Origin: Octopus sinensis
Taxonomy: Eukaryota
Reading direction: 5' to 3'
Assembly (NCBI RefSeq): GCF_006345805.1
Contig: NC_042999.1
Coordinates: 154,442,001 to 154,506,000 of the forward strand
Length of the DNA: 64,000 nucleotides
Shown here: one piece after another, positions 39,470 to 51,851 of the stretch
Layout of the letters: every line of letters begins with the position of its first letter
Position numbering within the stretch: position 1 is the stretch's first letter
Translations under genes and position numbers: made by a program
Notes under the pieces: model-generated
Seen by the model: the letters and a program-made list of their open reading frames with translations, nothing else
Told to the model about the DNA's origin: nothing
The model's database searches: none

Positions 39470-39470
<1 letters not shown>
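36416..39470 (+). mobile_element. Non-autonomous Helitron retaining part of its helicase
   Basis: 3' hairpin CCCGGACAATGCCGAG followed by CTAG at 39467-70; PIF1 remnant; internal repeats at 37085/37360 and 39104/39284. The 5' A|TC at 36416 is tentative. Confidence 0.7.
37660..39080 (+). pseudogene. Helitron-type PIF1 helicase, decayed
   Basis: AVACSGIAATLLPGGRTAHSAFKLP; FIVWDECTM; LLSGDFRQTLPVI; LRVGCPIMLIRN; QFPVRPCFAMSINKSQGQ. Walker A degenerate, two in-frame stops, frameshift near 38826, C-terminus missing. Confidence 0.92.
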
Positions 39471-39517
<47 letters not shown>

Positions 39518-39699
39518 ATATATAATATATATATATATATGTCGTGTGCTTGTATGTGTGTGAGTTTGTGCTTTCATATATACATGCACTATCATGCATG
39601 CATATATATAACAGTTCTTAAATGAATATTTGTAAAGCTTATGTAAGACTATCTTTTTCTCTCTATTCCTTTTTTCTCTATTTTTGTTTCAGTCTTTTT

Positions 39700-40020
39700 G
39701 TATTATAATTATTTTGGTTTGGCTCAGGTTCGGTCTTATTCCTGGTAGGATTTATGTGGCTATCTGGTTACTTACTACCTGTAAGCATAGGTATCCATAA
39801 GTTTTCAGTAGTCTTTCAAGTGCATAAAACCCTCCTGATAATCCTTGCTGTTCCTAAGAGACAAACCTTCTGCAAGAGCTCTACCAGGCATTCTGTTTCA
39901 ATCTCCTTCAGTCATTTGTCTATATCTTTGCTTACTGTTCCCAACGCACCAATTATTATAGAGACTACCTTTATTGTTCGCATCGTATCTGATATCTTCC
40001 GATGTTATTTACTACAATGA
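39700..40020 (-). mobile_element. R4/Dong-clade 3' end
   Basis: KVVSIIIGALGTVSKDIDK*LKEI...LLQKVCLLGTARIIRRVL*, then a short UTR and degenerate TAA run. Confidence 0.8.
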
Positions 40021-40480
40021 TGAACTTAAACCTCCAATACATGCTTTCAAAACCTATGAGCGAATTCTATATGTACATTACGATTGTTCCACGAATCGTT
40101 ATTAACAAAGACTGTTGGTAATCAGTGATCATATTAACACCCCCGCTCTGATGAAGCAACATTTCGAAGTGATAAGGGCAAATACAACTAAAACTGAAAG
40201 TAAATGACATTGTAAATGACATACGGTTAACAGAAAGCTCATTTAAGAACCGATTACACCAACTTACGTAGCTTCATATACGGTTACTACATAGTTCTCG
40301 AAGCACATCTAAGAAAAGATAAGACTGAATTTTCTCACCCCGTCTAGTATATTTTCATCTTGTCTTTTACAGCAACAACTATGACAAATGTCTGGATGTT
40401 AAAGGCTATTATAAAATACAAGTACTAGCTATACACGAAGTTGCACTACACGCGCGATCAGCGCAGGTGTGGCTGAGTGG

Positions 40481-40950
40481 TAAGAAGTTTGCTTCTCAAA
40501 CAGAAGGTACTATGTTCAATCCCACTGCGTTGCACCTTCACCAAATGTTTTCTACTATAGCTTCGGGGCAAGATAGGTTTATATATGTGTCATATGTGTG
40601 TGCGCGCGCGCGCGTCTGTGTGTGTGTGTCCGTCAGTGTATGTGTGTGTGTATGTGTGTCTGTGAATGCGTGTGTATATATGTCTGTGAGTGTGTGTGTG
40701 TGTGTCCGTGGGTGTGTGCGTGTGTGCGTGCGTGCGTGTATGTGTGTGTGCGTGTGTGCATGTATGTACGAATTATCTCCACACCCACTACTCGACAGGT
40801 TACGTCCGTAACTTAACAGTCCAGCAAAAGAGACCAATAAGATATGTACCACGCTCAAAATAAGCCTGGTACTAAATACCGTGATCAATTCGTTCGACTA
40901 AGAATTCTTCAAAGCGATCCCCCAGTATGGCCGCAGTCAAATGAGTGACA
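40481..40950 (+). mobile_element. SINE family A, diverged full copy
   Basis: GCGCAGGTGTGGCTGAGTGGTAAG head; ATGGCCGCAGTCAAATG tail. Confidence 0.75.
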
Positions 40951-40954
40951 CAAT

Positions 40955-41214
40955 TACTCTTTTACTTGCTTCAGTCATTTGACTGTGGCCATGCTGGAGC
41001 ACCGCGTTTAGGCGAGCAAATCGACCCCAGGATTTATTCTTTGTAAGCCTAGTACTTATTCTATCACTCTCTTTTGCCGAACTGCTAAGTTACGGGGACA
41101 TAAACACCCCAGCATCGGTTGTCAAGCGAGGCTATGTTGGGGGACAAACACAGACATACAAACGTATACACACACACATACATATATATACATATAATAA
41201 TAATAATAATAATA

Positions 41215-41247
<33 letters not shown>

Positions 41248-41690
41248 CATTGTGTACAGTGCTCAGGTGCACTACAACTCATCTAAAGTGTATGTATAAT
41301 CAGGTGTAGTTTCGGCGGATTTCGGAAAGCATGAGGGCCTTAAAGGATGCAGTGTCATGGCAGTCAACAACTGACGCAGGCAGTTTATTCCATGCTTCAG
41401 CAACTCGTATATATGTATATATATATATACATATATACGATGGGCTTCTTTCAGTTTCCGTCTACCAAATCTACTCACAGAGCTTTGGTCGGCCCAAGGC
41501 TATAGTAGAAGACATTTGCCCATTTGCCCAAGGTGACACGCAGTGGGACTGGGGACTGAACTCGGAACCAGCTTGTTGGTAAGCAAGCTTCTTACCACAC
41601 AGCCACTCCTGCGCCTATGTATGTGGTACTGAACCCGGAACCATGTGGTTCGTAAGCAAGCTATATACCACACAGCCACTCCAACACCTA
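40955..41690 (-). mobile_element. SINE family A with CR1 fragment in its microsatellite and a partial head duplication
   Basis: Tail 40955-41190, head 41435-41615, extra head piece 41622-41690. Confidence 0.82.
41194..41405 (-). mobile_element. CR1/L2-type LINE 3' end with (ATT)n tail
   Basis: VAEAWNKLPASVVDCHDTASFKALML...*, then short UTR and TTATTATT tail. Confidence 0.8.
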
Positions 41691-41924
41691 TAGATAAAAA
41701 GATAAATAGTTAGATTATAAGATAAAAAGATAAAAATATTTTTAAAAGTCTGTTAAAAATGAAAATGGACGCTGGAAATAATGCTTTTTTATTCATTAGA
41801 CAGTCAGTCATCCATTGTTTATCATTCTCGTTCCAACAATGAACGTTTCTGTCTTTCATAGAAGCCAGCCCCTTGGATGAAGGTTTTAGATAATTTAAAT
41901 TAGAAGAGAACACACATACACGTA

Positions 41925-41958
<34 letters not shown>

Positions 41959-42081
41959 CACGTCAGTTAGATGTCACATATCTATTTGTATAAAGTAATG
42001 TTGACCTACTTAGCAAGTTTGATGGTTAAAATTAAATCTATTATCTATAACTGTTGCATGTCAGAAATTAAGCTTATACAA

Positions 42082-42125
<44 letters not shown>

Positions 42126-42148
42126 TCTCTCTCTCTCTCTCCCTCTCC

Positions 42149-42179
<31 letters not shown>

Positions 42180-42404
42180 TCTTTCTCTCATACACATACT
42201 CTCTCTGTCTCTCTCACACACACACACTCTCCATTTCACACACACACAGATACATACACACACATAGCCTCTCTCTTTCTCTCTCTCTCACGCACACACT
42301 CACACACACACACACCACACAAACACACACTCTCTCTCTCACACACACATGCAAAGACATACTCTCTTTCATACTCACACACATACTCTCTCACGCGCAC
42401 ACAC

Positions 42405-42438
<34 letters not shown>

Positions 42439-43269
42439 GCACACACACACACACACACACAAACAGAAATACTTTGCACTGCGCGTTTGATTAGTTTTTG
42501 CAGGTGCATTTTTCCTTAGAATTAAATTCATTTTTAACAAGATTTTTATGTAATTTATTTTATTCATAATAGTATTTGGATCTTTTCAGTTTGAAGGCCA
42601 GATTTTCCTAGTTAACTAAACAATTTGAAATTTCGTATACTGGTAGAATGTGTCAAAAGAAAACATAATTGTAAACCAAAATGAAAACGGAATTGTAATT
42701 TCTAAGTTTAACGTTGTTTAATAATTCGAATTTTAACCAATGGTATTCTTTCTTTCGACCTCATATTATTTACTGCCTCTCAAAATATTGTTACTGTGAC
42801 GTAAACAGCTATTTTGTGACGTAGTTAACGTAAACATGTAAACAGACCTACAGATTCGTTTGTAACGTAAACATCCGTTCATCGTAAATAGCTAAATTCG
42901 CTTGGCATCGTACACAGCTTTTTCAGTTCCCTAGAATTATATTTGAAAGAAAATAAAAAGAAAAAGATTCATACGCATAAATATCCATCCTTAGACATCA
43001 GAAAATGAGTGTTTAAATTATTTTCCATTGTTTGCATTGCTTACACACACACACACACATACATACATACATACACACATACTAAAATTACATCGTTGGA
43101 GCAGTAATTTATTTACGTATTTTTTGTTATACAATTTATTTTAAAGCTGAATCCCTATCCTGCCATTAACCCCTTTCTTATAAAATAGTTGAAGAATCTG
43201 GGGTGTAGGTATTGGGCCAGTATTGGAACTTTTAACTTCTTGCTCCCTATCTTATGATCTCCGAAATTT

Positions 43270-43730
43270 AAGAATCTTGTGTTAACTGGGCTCTTATTAT
43301 TTACTCTGACTCTGCCACCACCTCAATGCAAAGACTATCAATATCAGAATCATCTTCACAACCACCACTACAACCATTACTACAACCTCCAATGCCACCA
43401 CACAACCATCTTCTGCAACCACAACCCCAAGATCAATACCAGCATCATATTCAAAATCACCAATTTCACCACCACTACACTCTGCAATGTCTTCAACACT
43501 ACCATCCATGAGACATCCTAACATAATCAATGCTACTACTACTATCATCATCATTATCATTATCATCCACTGCCGCCGCCACCACCACCACCTCTACAGA
43601 AACACCAACACTATAATTGCTGCCATCATACACATCCACTGTCACCACTACACCACCACTGCCATAATAACCACATCTACCACCTCCAACACCATTGCCA
43701 CCACTATCTATGAGACATCCTAAGTTAGAT
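43270..43730. repeat. CAC/CAT low-complexity tract
   Basis: Degenerate trinucleotide repeats; ATGAGACATCCTAA occurs at ~43508 and ~43710. Confidence 0.8.
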
Positions 43731-43764
43731 ACTACTTTCACTTTCTAGTTGCTCTTTGAGTTTA

Positions 43765-44047
43765 TCTTTATATATAAAAGAGAGGTTGTGTGTCTGTCTC
43801 CTACGATTTAGATTCCTAACTACTCCCACATTTTGCGGTGCAGTTTAACCAAAACCGGGTATCTTATAGTCGTGATTCATATCGAGCACTTCTGGGTATT
43901 AGCGCGTGTCTACGATGAGTCTACGATTTAAAAAAAATTTACCATCATTTTTTTTCATTTTTAATGCATTTTTTTGCTATTTTTTTGCTATAACTCTCTA
44001 AAAATGCTTATATAGTTATTTCCCTTATATAGTTATTTCCCTGCTAG
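43765..44047 (+). mobile_element. Small non-autonomous Helitron
   Basis: A|TCTTTATATATAAAAG ... CTGCTAG|T, i.e. TC start, CTAG end and AT target site. Confidence 0.75.
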
Positions 44048-44779
44048 TTATATCTAATCTATCTCTCTAAAAGATGCAAACCAAGCAGTATTAAATGGAG
44101 AATGGATGTGAGCAGAAAGAGAGTAAGTTCCATTCCAGTTTACAACAATTATAGAATTATTCTCAAACCATAAATGAAGGGTGGAGAGGAGTGAAGGAGG
44201 AGTCATGTTTCCTCTGAGAGGTTACAGAAGTATTGTTACACTGTTGTTAGAATAGCTGTGGAAAATGTAAGTTGAAATCAAATTTGATGCTAAATTCTTT
44301 TATAGTCATGTTCCCAATGAAATACACATAATCAATTTGAACAGTCTTAGTAAAATAGCTACTTTCTTTAATTATTAATCAGGTGTTTGGATCAACAAAA
44401 TTATGAGATAAAGGTGAGAAGGTCAGTAGAGTGTCTATCTGCTTGTAACTACGTAGACTATGGCTTGTTATGGTTTATGTTAGGGTTAGAGCTATGGTCT
44501 AGAATTGGCAACAGATAGCATATTAAATTTTAAATGGCCACGTTTACTGTATGCTAAACTGGCACTAGAGATGTAATGAAACAGTTTACCTATCAGATTT
44601 TAAGTCATGAAAGGGTTAGTTAGCATTGTCAACACACTTCACATTTCTCTTTTTTTGTGGGCAATGAAATAAAACACTAGATAAGGAGTGGGTCAATATA
44701 GTTGACATTATTTCCTCCTATAAAATTTTTGGCTATGTACCTTCGTTAGAAATTCTTATTTGTATTAATATAAAGTGCG

Positions 44780-45060
44780 GGCAAGAGAACATCTGCAGGC
44801 TTTCCTAAGCTGTTAATGTGAATGTAGATGATGTCTTTTTTCAACTTGTGTAAATTAATGTCTGATGAGAATGTGATTCCATGTAGAAGCTGCCATTCTG
44901 GAGATAAATGATTGGATAAAATATTTAGTAAAAGGTTCTAGCTGTGAGACATGTTAAAGATGATGATGTGGGCTCAGTTTACTATCACACCCTCAGCAAT
45001 ATCGCCATTGATGCTGTTGGCAGAGACGATGCTCCTATCAGATTTCTTGTTCCTAGGATA
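44780..45060 (-). mobile_element. Possible very old CR1/L2 3' remnant
   Basis: Frameshifted RMAASTWNH...INLHKLKK resembles the CR1 RT C-terminus. Confidence 0.3.
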
Positions 45061-45107
45061 CATCCGGTTTAAACGCCTTCTTTTCAGACCAGACATTTTT
45101 ACGATAC

Positions 45108-45136
<29 letters not shown>

Positions 45137-45138
<2 letters not shown>

Positions 45139-45728
45139 ATTTCTTTATTGCCCACATGGGACTAAATATAGAGGAGGACAAACAGGGACAGACAAAGGGA
45201 TTAGGTCGATTACATCGACCCCAGTGCGTAACTGGTACTTATTTAATCGACCCCGAAAGGATGAAAGGCAAAGTCGACCTCGGCGGAAGATGAACTCAGA
45301 ACGTAGCTGTAGACGAAATACCTATTTCTTTACTACCCACAAGGGGCTAAACACAGAGAGGACAAATAAGGATAAACAAACGGATTAAGTCGATTATATC
45401 GACCTCAGTGCGTAACTGGTACTTATTTAATCGACCCCCAAAAGGATGAAAGGCAAAGTCGACCTTGGCGGAATTTGAACTCAGAACATAACGGCAGACG
45501 AAATACCTATTTCTTTACTACCTACAAGGAACTAAACACAGAGAGGACAGACAAGGAGATTAAGTCGATTACATCGAACCCAGTGCGTAACTGGTACTTA
45601 ATTTATCGACCCCGAAAGGATGAAAGGCAAAGTCGACCTCGGCGGAACTTGAACTCAGAACATAACGGCAGACGAAATACCGCCAAGCATTTCGCCTGGC
45701 ATGCTAATGTTTCTGCCAGCTCGCTGCC
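45137..45728 (-). mobile_element. SINE family B with three tandem units
   Basis: GTCGACC anchor at 45273, 45458 and 45632. Confidence 0.9.
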
Positions 45729-45896
45729 TTCATCATCAACTTCTATTTCTGCTCAGCATTTTGTTTAAATTTTTTGTTGACTAAAATTTATTGAAAAAAA
45801 AAAGGCCGCAATAATTATGCACCAACCTAATACGAATAGCATTGGATATTTTGATTTTTTGTCAATCATCTGCCATCCATCAGTATGTAGTGAACG

Positions 45897-46280
45897 TGGA
45901 GGCACAATGGCCCAGTGGTTAGGGCAGCGGACTCGCGGTCGTAGGGTCGCGGTTTCGATTCCCAGACCGGGCGTTGTGAGTGTTTATTGAGCGAAAACAC
46001 CTAAAAGCTCCACGAGGCTCCGGCAGGGGATGGTGGTGATCCCTGCTGTACTCTTTCACCACAACTTTCTCTCACTCTTACTTCCTGTTTCTGTTGTACC
46101 TGTATTTCAAGGGGCCGGCCTTGTCACTCTCTGTGTCACGCTGAATATCCCCGAGAACTGCGTTAAGGGTACGCGTGTCTGTGGAGTGCTCAGCCACTTA
46201 CACGTTAATTTCACGAGCAGGCTGTTCCGTTGATCGGATCAACCGGAACCCTCGTCGTCGTAACCGACGGAGTGCTTCCA
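45897..46280 (+). mobile_element. SINE family C, full length
   Basis: TGGCCCAGTGG A-box, GTTTCGATTCC B-box, tail ending CGTAACCGACGGAGTGC. Confidence 0.9.
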
Positions 46281-46552
46281 TGTCCTCAGTGGAGGCAGTT
46301 TCAGGACGTCCAGAAGCTGGATCATCTCCAAGACTCTCCCTTCTCCTCCTAAATTTAGCTGCCCATTTTTACACTGTTGATAAAACTTGAACATCATCCC
46401 CTAATGTAGCAACCATGACAGCATGAGTGTTGTTTGAGGCTAAACTCTTTTTCTGCCGGTAATTGTCAACAGCACGACACCAAATTAGAAAATTACTATT
46501 TGTAAATCTCACAACGAGAGATATTCAGCAACAGTACTTAGGAATAAAAATC

Positions 46553-46935
46553 ATTTGCCAACATAACATGGCAGTCCTAGTTTAGGACGAATGTTGCTGT
46601 AATTTAGCCCCAGGAAACATCGTCTCCAGCTGGCTATACGACACGATCTGTGTCCTTATATTTTCGAACAAGGGAATCTAGCACCACCCCCGCCACTCAG
46701 CTCAAAACAATATCTGTGTATTGCGATTTCCGTGTTATTTCCCTTCATTAGCACAGAATAATTGCTCGGCTAGAGGTGGCGCTGCCAAATTCGCGATACA
46801 CAGATATTGTTTTGAGCTGAGTGGGGGGTGCTAGATTCCCTTGTTCGAAAATATAAGAACACAGACGATGTCTCCCGGGGCTAAATTACAGCAACATTCA
46901 TCCAAAACCAGGACTGCCATGTTATGTTGGCAAAT
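46553..46935. mobile_element. MITE with long TIRs
   Basis: ATTTGCCAACATAACATGGCAGTCC ... GGACTGCCATGTTATGTTGGCAAAT, with pairing extending well over 100 bp inward. Confidence 0.85.
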
Positions 46936-47029
46936 AATCTTTACTCCACGACATCAAATTTTGTCTATTTTCAAGAGACACCGCTACTAATAACTTTTGA
47001 AGTGTTCTTTGAACAGTCAGATGTCAGTT

Positions 47030-47765
47030 TACTCTTTAATTTGTTTCAGTCATTTGACTGTGGCCATGCTGGAGCACCGCATTTAGTCGAGCAAATCGAC
47101 CCCAGGACTTATTCTTTGTCAGCCTAGTACTTATTCTATCGGTCTCTTTTGCCGAATCGCTAAGTTACGGGTACGTAAACACACCAGCATGTGAAATGAT
47201 GTTGGGATGACAAACATATACTCACACATACATATATATACATATATACGACGGGCTTCTTTCAGTTTCCGTCTACTAAATCCACTCACAAGGCTTTGAT
47301 CGGCCCGAGGCTATAGTAAAAGACACTTGCCCAAGGTGCCACGCATTAGGAATGAACCTGGAACCATGTGGTTGGTAAGCAAGCTACTTACCACACAGCT
47401 ACTCCTATGCCTATTTATATATACATATATACGACGGGCTTATTTCAGTTTCCGTCTACTAAATCCACTCACAAGGCTTTGATCGGCCCGAGGCTATAGT
47501 AAAAGACACTTGCCCAAGGTGCCACGCAGTAGGAATGAACCTGGAACCATGTGGTTGGTAAGCAAGCTACTTACCACACAGCCACTCCTATGCCTATTTA
47601 TATATACATATATACGACGGGCTTCTTTCAGTTTCCATCTACTAAATCCACTCACAAAGCTTTGATCGGCCCGAGGCTATAGTAAAAGACACTTGCCCAA
47701 GGTGCCGCGCAGTAGGAATGAACCTGGAACCATGTGGTTGGTAAGCAAGCTACTTACCACACAGT
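47030..47765 (-). mobile_element. SINE family A with triplicated 183-bp head
   Basis: ACGGGC anchor at 47251, 47434 and 47617. Confidence 0.92.
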
Positions 47766-47964
47766 CAAAGAAACAATGTAGTCATCAATAAAAAGAGCTG
47801 AAATTAATGCATGCAAAGTTCCACAACACTAGCATCACTCCTTCATTTCCAGTCGACCCACCCTCGTAAGCCATATCGTCTGTCCCCTTTTTCATTGACT
47901 GTCCCCTGATCGCACAATCCCTTCATACTGATTGATTTCGTCTTAATGGCTTACTCTTTACCCT

Positions 47965-48370
47965 TTACTCTTTTTACTTGTTTCAGTCATTTGACTGCGG
48001 CCATGCTGGAGCACCGCATTTAGTCGAGCAAATCGACCCCAGGACTTATTCTTTGTCAGCCTAGTACTTATTCTATCGGTTTCTTTTGCCGAACCGCTAA
48101 GTGTCGGGGACGTAAACACACCAGCATCGGTTGTCAAGCAATGCTAGGGGGACAAGCACAGACGCACAAACATATACACACACATACATATATATATACA
48201 TATATACGACGGGCTTCTTTCAGTTTCCGTCTATCAAATCCACTCACAAGGCATTGGTCGGCCCAGGGCTATAGCAGAAGACACTTGCCCAAGATGCCAC
48301 GCAGTGGGACTGAACCCGGACCATGTGGCTGGTAAGCAACCTACTTACCACACAGCCACTCCTGCGCCTA
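47965..48370 (-). mobile_element. SINE family A, full length
   Basis: Complete tail and head on the minus strand. Confidence 0.9.
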
Positions 48371-48527
48371 TGTTATTATTGTTAATTATTTTTTCAGTTA
48401 CCCGCTTCTAATGTCGAAGTTTGACTCCGACAGCTTCTCATTGACTCCTCTTTGAGGCGGCTCAATTTAAGTTCAAGAGATCTCTTTTCGATACTTTCAA
48501 GAATTTTCCTTCTATTTCTTTTTACTT

Positions 48528-48529
<2 letters not shown>

Positions 48530-48559
<30 letters not shown>

Positions 48560-48707
48560 TGTATGTATGTATGTATGTATGTATGTATGTGTGCGTGTGT
48601 GTATGTATGTATGTATGTGTGTGTATGTATGTATGTATGTATGTATGTATGTATGTATATGTGTGTGTGTATGTATGTATGCATGCATGCATGTATGTAT
48701 GTATGTA

Positions 48708-48738
<31 letters not shown>

Positions 48739-48919
48739 GTATGTATGTATGTATGTATGTATGTATGTGTGTGTATGTATGTATGTGTGTATGTATGTAT
48801 GTGTGTGTGTATATGTATGTATGTGTGTATGTATGTATGTATGTATGTGTGTGTGCGTATGTATGTATGTATGTATGTATGTATGTGTGTGTGTATGTAT
48901 GTATGTGTGTGTGTGTGTA

Positions 48920-48950
<31 letters not shown>

Positions 48951-48957
48951 ATGTATG
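48530..48957. repeat. (TATG)n/(TG)n microsatellite
   Basis: Directly visible; source of several spurious ORFs. Confidence 0.95.
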
Positions 48958-49060
48958 AGTTCTAGGTAAATTCTACCACGGAAAATTCCACCAGGTAAAT
49001 TTCACCGTAGGTAAATTCCATCACGATATATTCCACCATGGTAAATTCCATCCATGGACA
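48958..49060 (+). repeat. Degenerate ~15-bp tandem motif GGTAAATTCCACC, possibly DNA-transposon subterminal repeats
   Basis: About six imperfect copies. Confidence 0.5.
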
Positions 49061-49165
49061 GACTTCCAATCTAAGCTATTCCCGCTAATAATCACTATGG
49101 TCAGTTTCTCTAGACCGTGGGTCAATGCTTATGTTATTTAATCTGTCTGTCTCTCAAGTCTTAAG

Positions 49166-49242
<77 letters not shown>

Positions 49243-49243
<1 letters not shown>

Positions 49244-49590
49244 CGACGGGCTTCTTTCAGTTTCCGTCTACCAAATCTGCTCACAAGGCTTGGGTTCTGA
49301 GGCTATGGTAAAATACACTTGTCAAAGGTGCCACGCATTGAGACTGAACCCGGAACTATTTTGTTGGGAAGTAGGCTTGTTACCACTCAGCCACGCATAC
49401 GCCTATATTTTTTTGTTTTAATGCATGCATACATACATGCTACATAAATGCATACATTCATACATACTTCTTTCCGTTTCCGTCTTCCAAATTCACTCAC
49501 AATACTTTAGTCGGGCCGAGGCTATAGTAAAAGACACTTGCCCAAGGTGCCACGTAGTGGGACTGTACCCGGAGCCATGTGGTTGCGCCT
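49243..49590 (-). mobile_element. Two SINE family A head fragments
   Basis: 49243-49405 and 49468-49590. Confidence 0.8.
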
Positions 49591-49678
49591 ATATTAAGAA
49601 CTTTTTGTTTAAGAATAATACGAATAAATGCATACACACACACACGTACGTACGTACGTACGTACGTATGTATGTATG

Positions 49679-49710
<32 letters not shown>

Positions 49711-49949
49711 TGTATGTATGATTGGTATGTATGTATGTATGTATTATGTATGTATGTATGCAAGTATACACAATAAACATACATTGTATGGGTCAGTCCT
49801 GGTGTTAACTTTTTCATGTGAACATGGTCGTGTCACTTAGAATAAAGAGCACAAAAGGTTTGTTCTGAGATGAAATAATTTCATTAGAAACAATGAGTTT
49901 CTTTTCTTGGTAAATACTCCAGGGATTAGTCAATAATGGGAAAAATTTA

Positions 49950-50135
49950 TATATATAACGAAAAACATACACAAAGAAACAACAACGCGAGGACGTGGTA
50001 CATGTAAAGTATTAGCAGACGCTCAGGGAAGGAAAGAAAGGCAGTTTAACGTTTCGAGCAAAGCTCTTTTTCAGAAACAGAGGAAAGTCCAATAGAAAAG
50101 GAAGACGGAGGAAAAATATCGCCAACGATTTACAT
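49950..50135 (-). mobile_element. Family D1 repeat with minimal hammerhead-like motif
   Basis: Reverse complement reads GTTT-CTGAAAA-A-GAGC-TTT-GCTC-GAAAC-GTT-AAAC. Confidence 0.72.
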
Positions 50136-50968
50136 GTGGTTATGTATGTATGTATGTATGTATGTATGTATGCTTGATATCATCTGGATAATAATCTTAT
50201 AAAGTGCATTTCAAAGCTCCTCTATGGTTACCGGCTACCATATGCCATCATACATCAGGTATACTTCTTTTTACTGGATATGCATGTGGAAATGCATTAG
50301 CGCATACAGAATTCATACAAAAAATTTATAAGATGGAATGAAAAGGATTTGGATTAAAGTCCGTTTATTCTATCTTCTTGTGTAATAAATCATATATGTG
50401 CGTGTGTGTGTGGTGTGTGTGTGTGTGTGCGTATGTATATGTGGAGAGAGGTGGGTAGGTTAATAGCCAAATAGATAGCGGTGGGTAGAGAAATAGACGG
50501 GATAGGTGTAGAGGCAGTGGGTATGGCTACGGTGAAGATGTGATGGTGTGTCTTTGTGCTGTGTTTGTCTCCCCAACACACCACTTGATAGCGTCTTAAT
50601 TTAGCGGTTCGGCCAAGGAACCGATACTATTAGCGCCAATTCTGGAGTCTTCAAAGCGGTGCCCCATCATTGCTGCTGCTGTGCAATTACTGAAGCAAGT
50701 AGGCGATTTTAGCTTCAAATCATAGTATTTATAGATGAGTTATTACCATTCTTAAAATCTTATTAGATATCCATTACATTAGCGAACTTAGAGAATGGAA
50801 TCGGATTAAAGCATGTTATAGATGATTAAATTGCAATTTGCCGACTTTTATTAGTTGCTAATTAGGCGTTTATAATTTCCATTCATTCTGCTCCTACGAA
50901 ATTCAAACCACTTTAACTTAGACAGGGTTATCAAACATTTAATTTATTGGAGCTTTTTTAAAAAAAAT

Positions 50969-51143
50969 AAGGCATAGGAGTGGCTGTGTGGTAAGTAGCT
51001 TGCTTACCAACCACATGGTTCCGGGTTTAGTCCCACTGCGGGACACCTTGGGCAAGTGTCTTCTACTATAGCCTCCGGCCGACCAAAGCCTTGTGACTGG
51101 ATTTGGTAGATTGAAACTGAAAGCCCGTCGTATATATGTATAT

Positions 51144-51193
<50 letters not shown>

Positions 51194-51415
51194 GTGTGTT
51201 TGTGTGTCTGTGTTTGTCCCCCCATCATCGTTTGACAACCGATGCTGGTGTGTTTGCGTCCCCGTAACTTAGCGTTTCGGCAAAAGAGACCGATAGAATA
51301 AGTACTAGGCTTACAAAGAATAAGTCCTGGGGTTGATTTGCTCGACTAAATGCGGTGCTCCTGCATGGCCGCAGTCAAATGACTGAAACAAGTAAAAGAG
51401 TAAAAGAATAAAAGC
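50969..51415 (+). mobile_element. SINE family A, full length
   Basis: Head, (TG)n and tail. Confidence 0.92.
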
Positions 51416-51851
51416 GTAAGAATTTTTTACTTTTAAGTAATAAAGAATGAGAAGCTGTCCCTTTCAAGAATTTACAGAAAAGACTGTTTAATTGAAGTTT
51501 AACTGCTTGAAATGAGAACTGAAACTGTATCGCCAGCTTTGATTGCAGACCTTATCTTTGACATTACAATGTGTCCCTGTTGGCTAATTGATTACAAGTC
51601 GAATGTCAAAAAACATTTGAAAATGACAGTAATGTGTGTCAAATTGTTGGTTTCAAATAAAATTCTACCGAAAATGCTCTTCTTAGGAGAGAGAATTAAT
51701 CATTAAACCTGCAATGAACTCTCGCAAAAAACATTAAAAAATCGAACGAAACAATACAAAAACACTTTCTCTTCCACAAACACACATACAAACAAATTAT
51801 GTAATCTACCTATCTAGGCACACATACATACAAACATACGCACGTATGTTT

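Noticed and set aside
45897-45975. tRNA gene (also other SINE heads)
   Set aside because: A/B boxes are present but there is no complete acceptor stem or cloverleaf, and the head continues into a multi-copy SINE body.
45137-47765. CRISPR-like arrays
   Set aside because: Units are 175-185 bp SINE-derived repeats without unique spacers; eukaryotic context and no cas genes.
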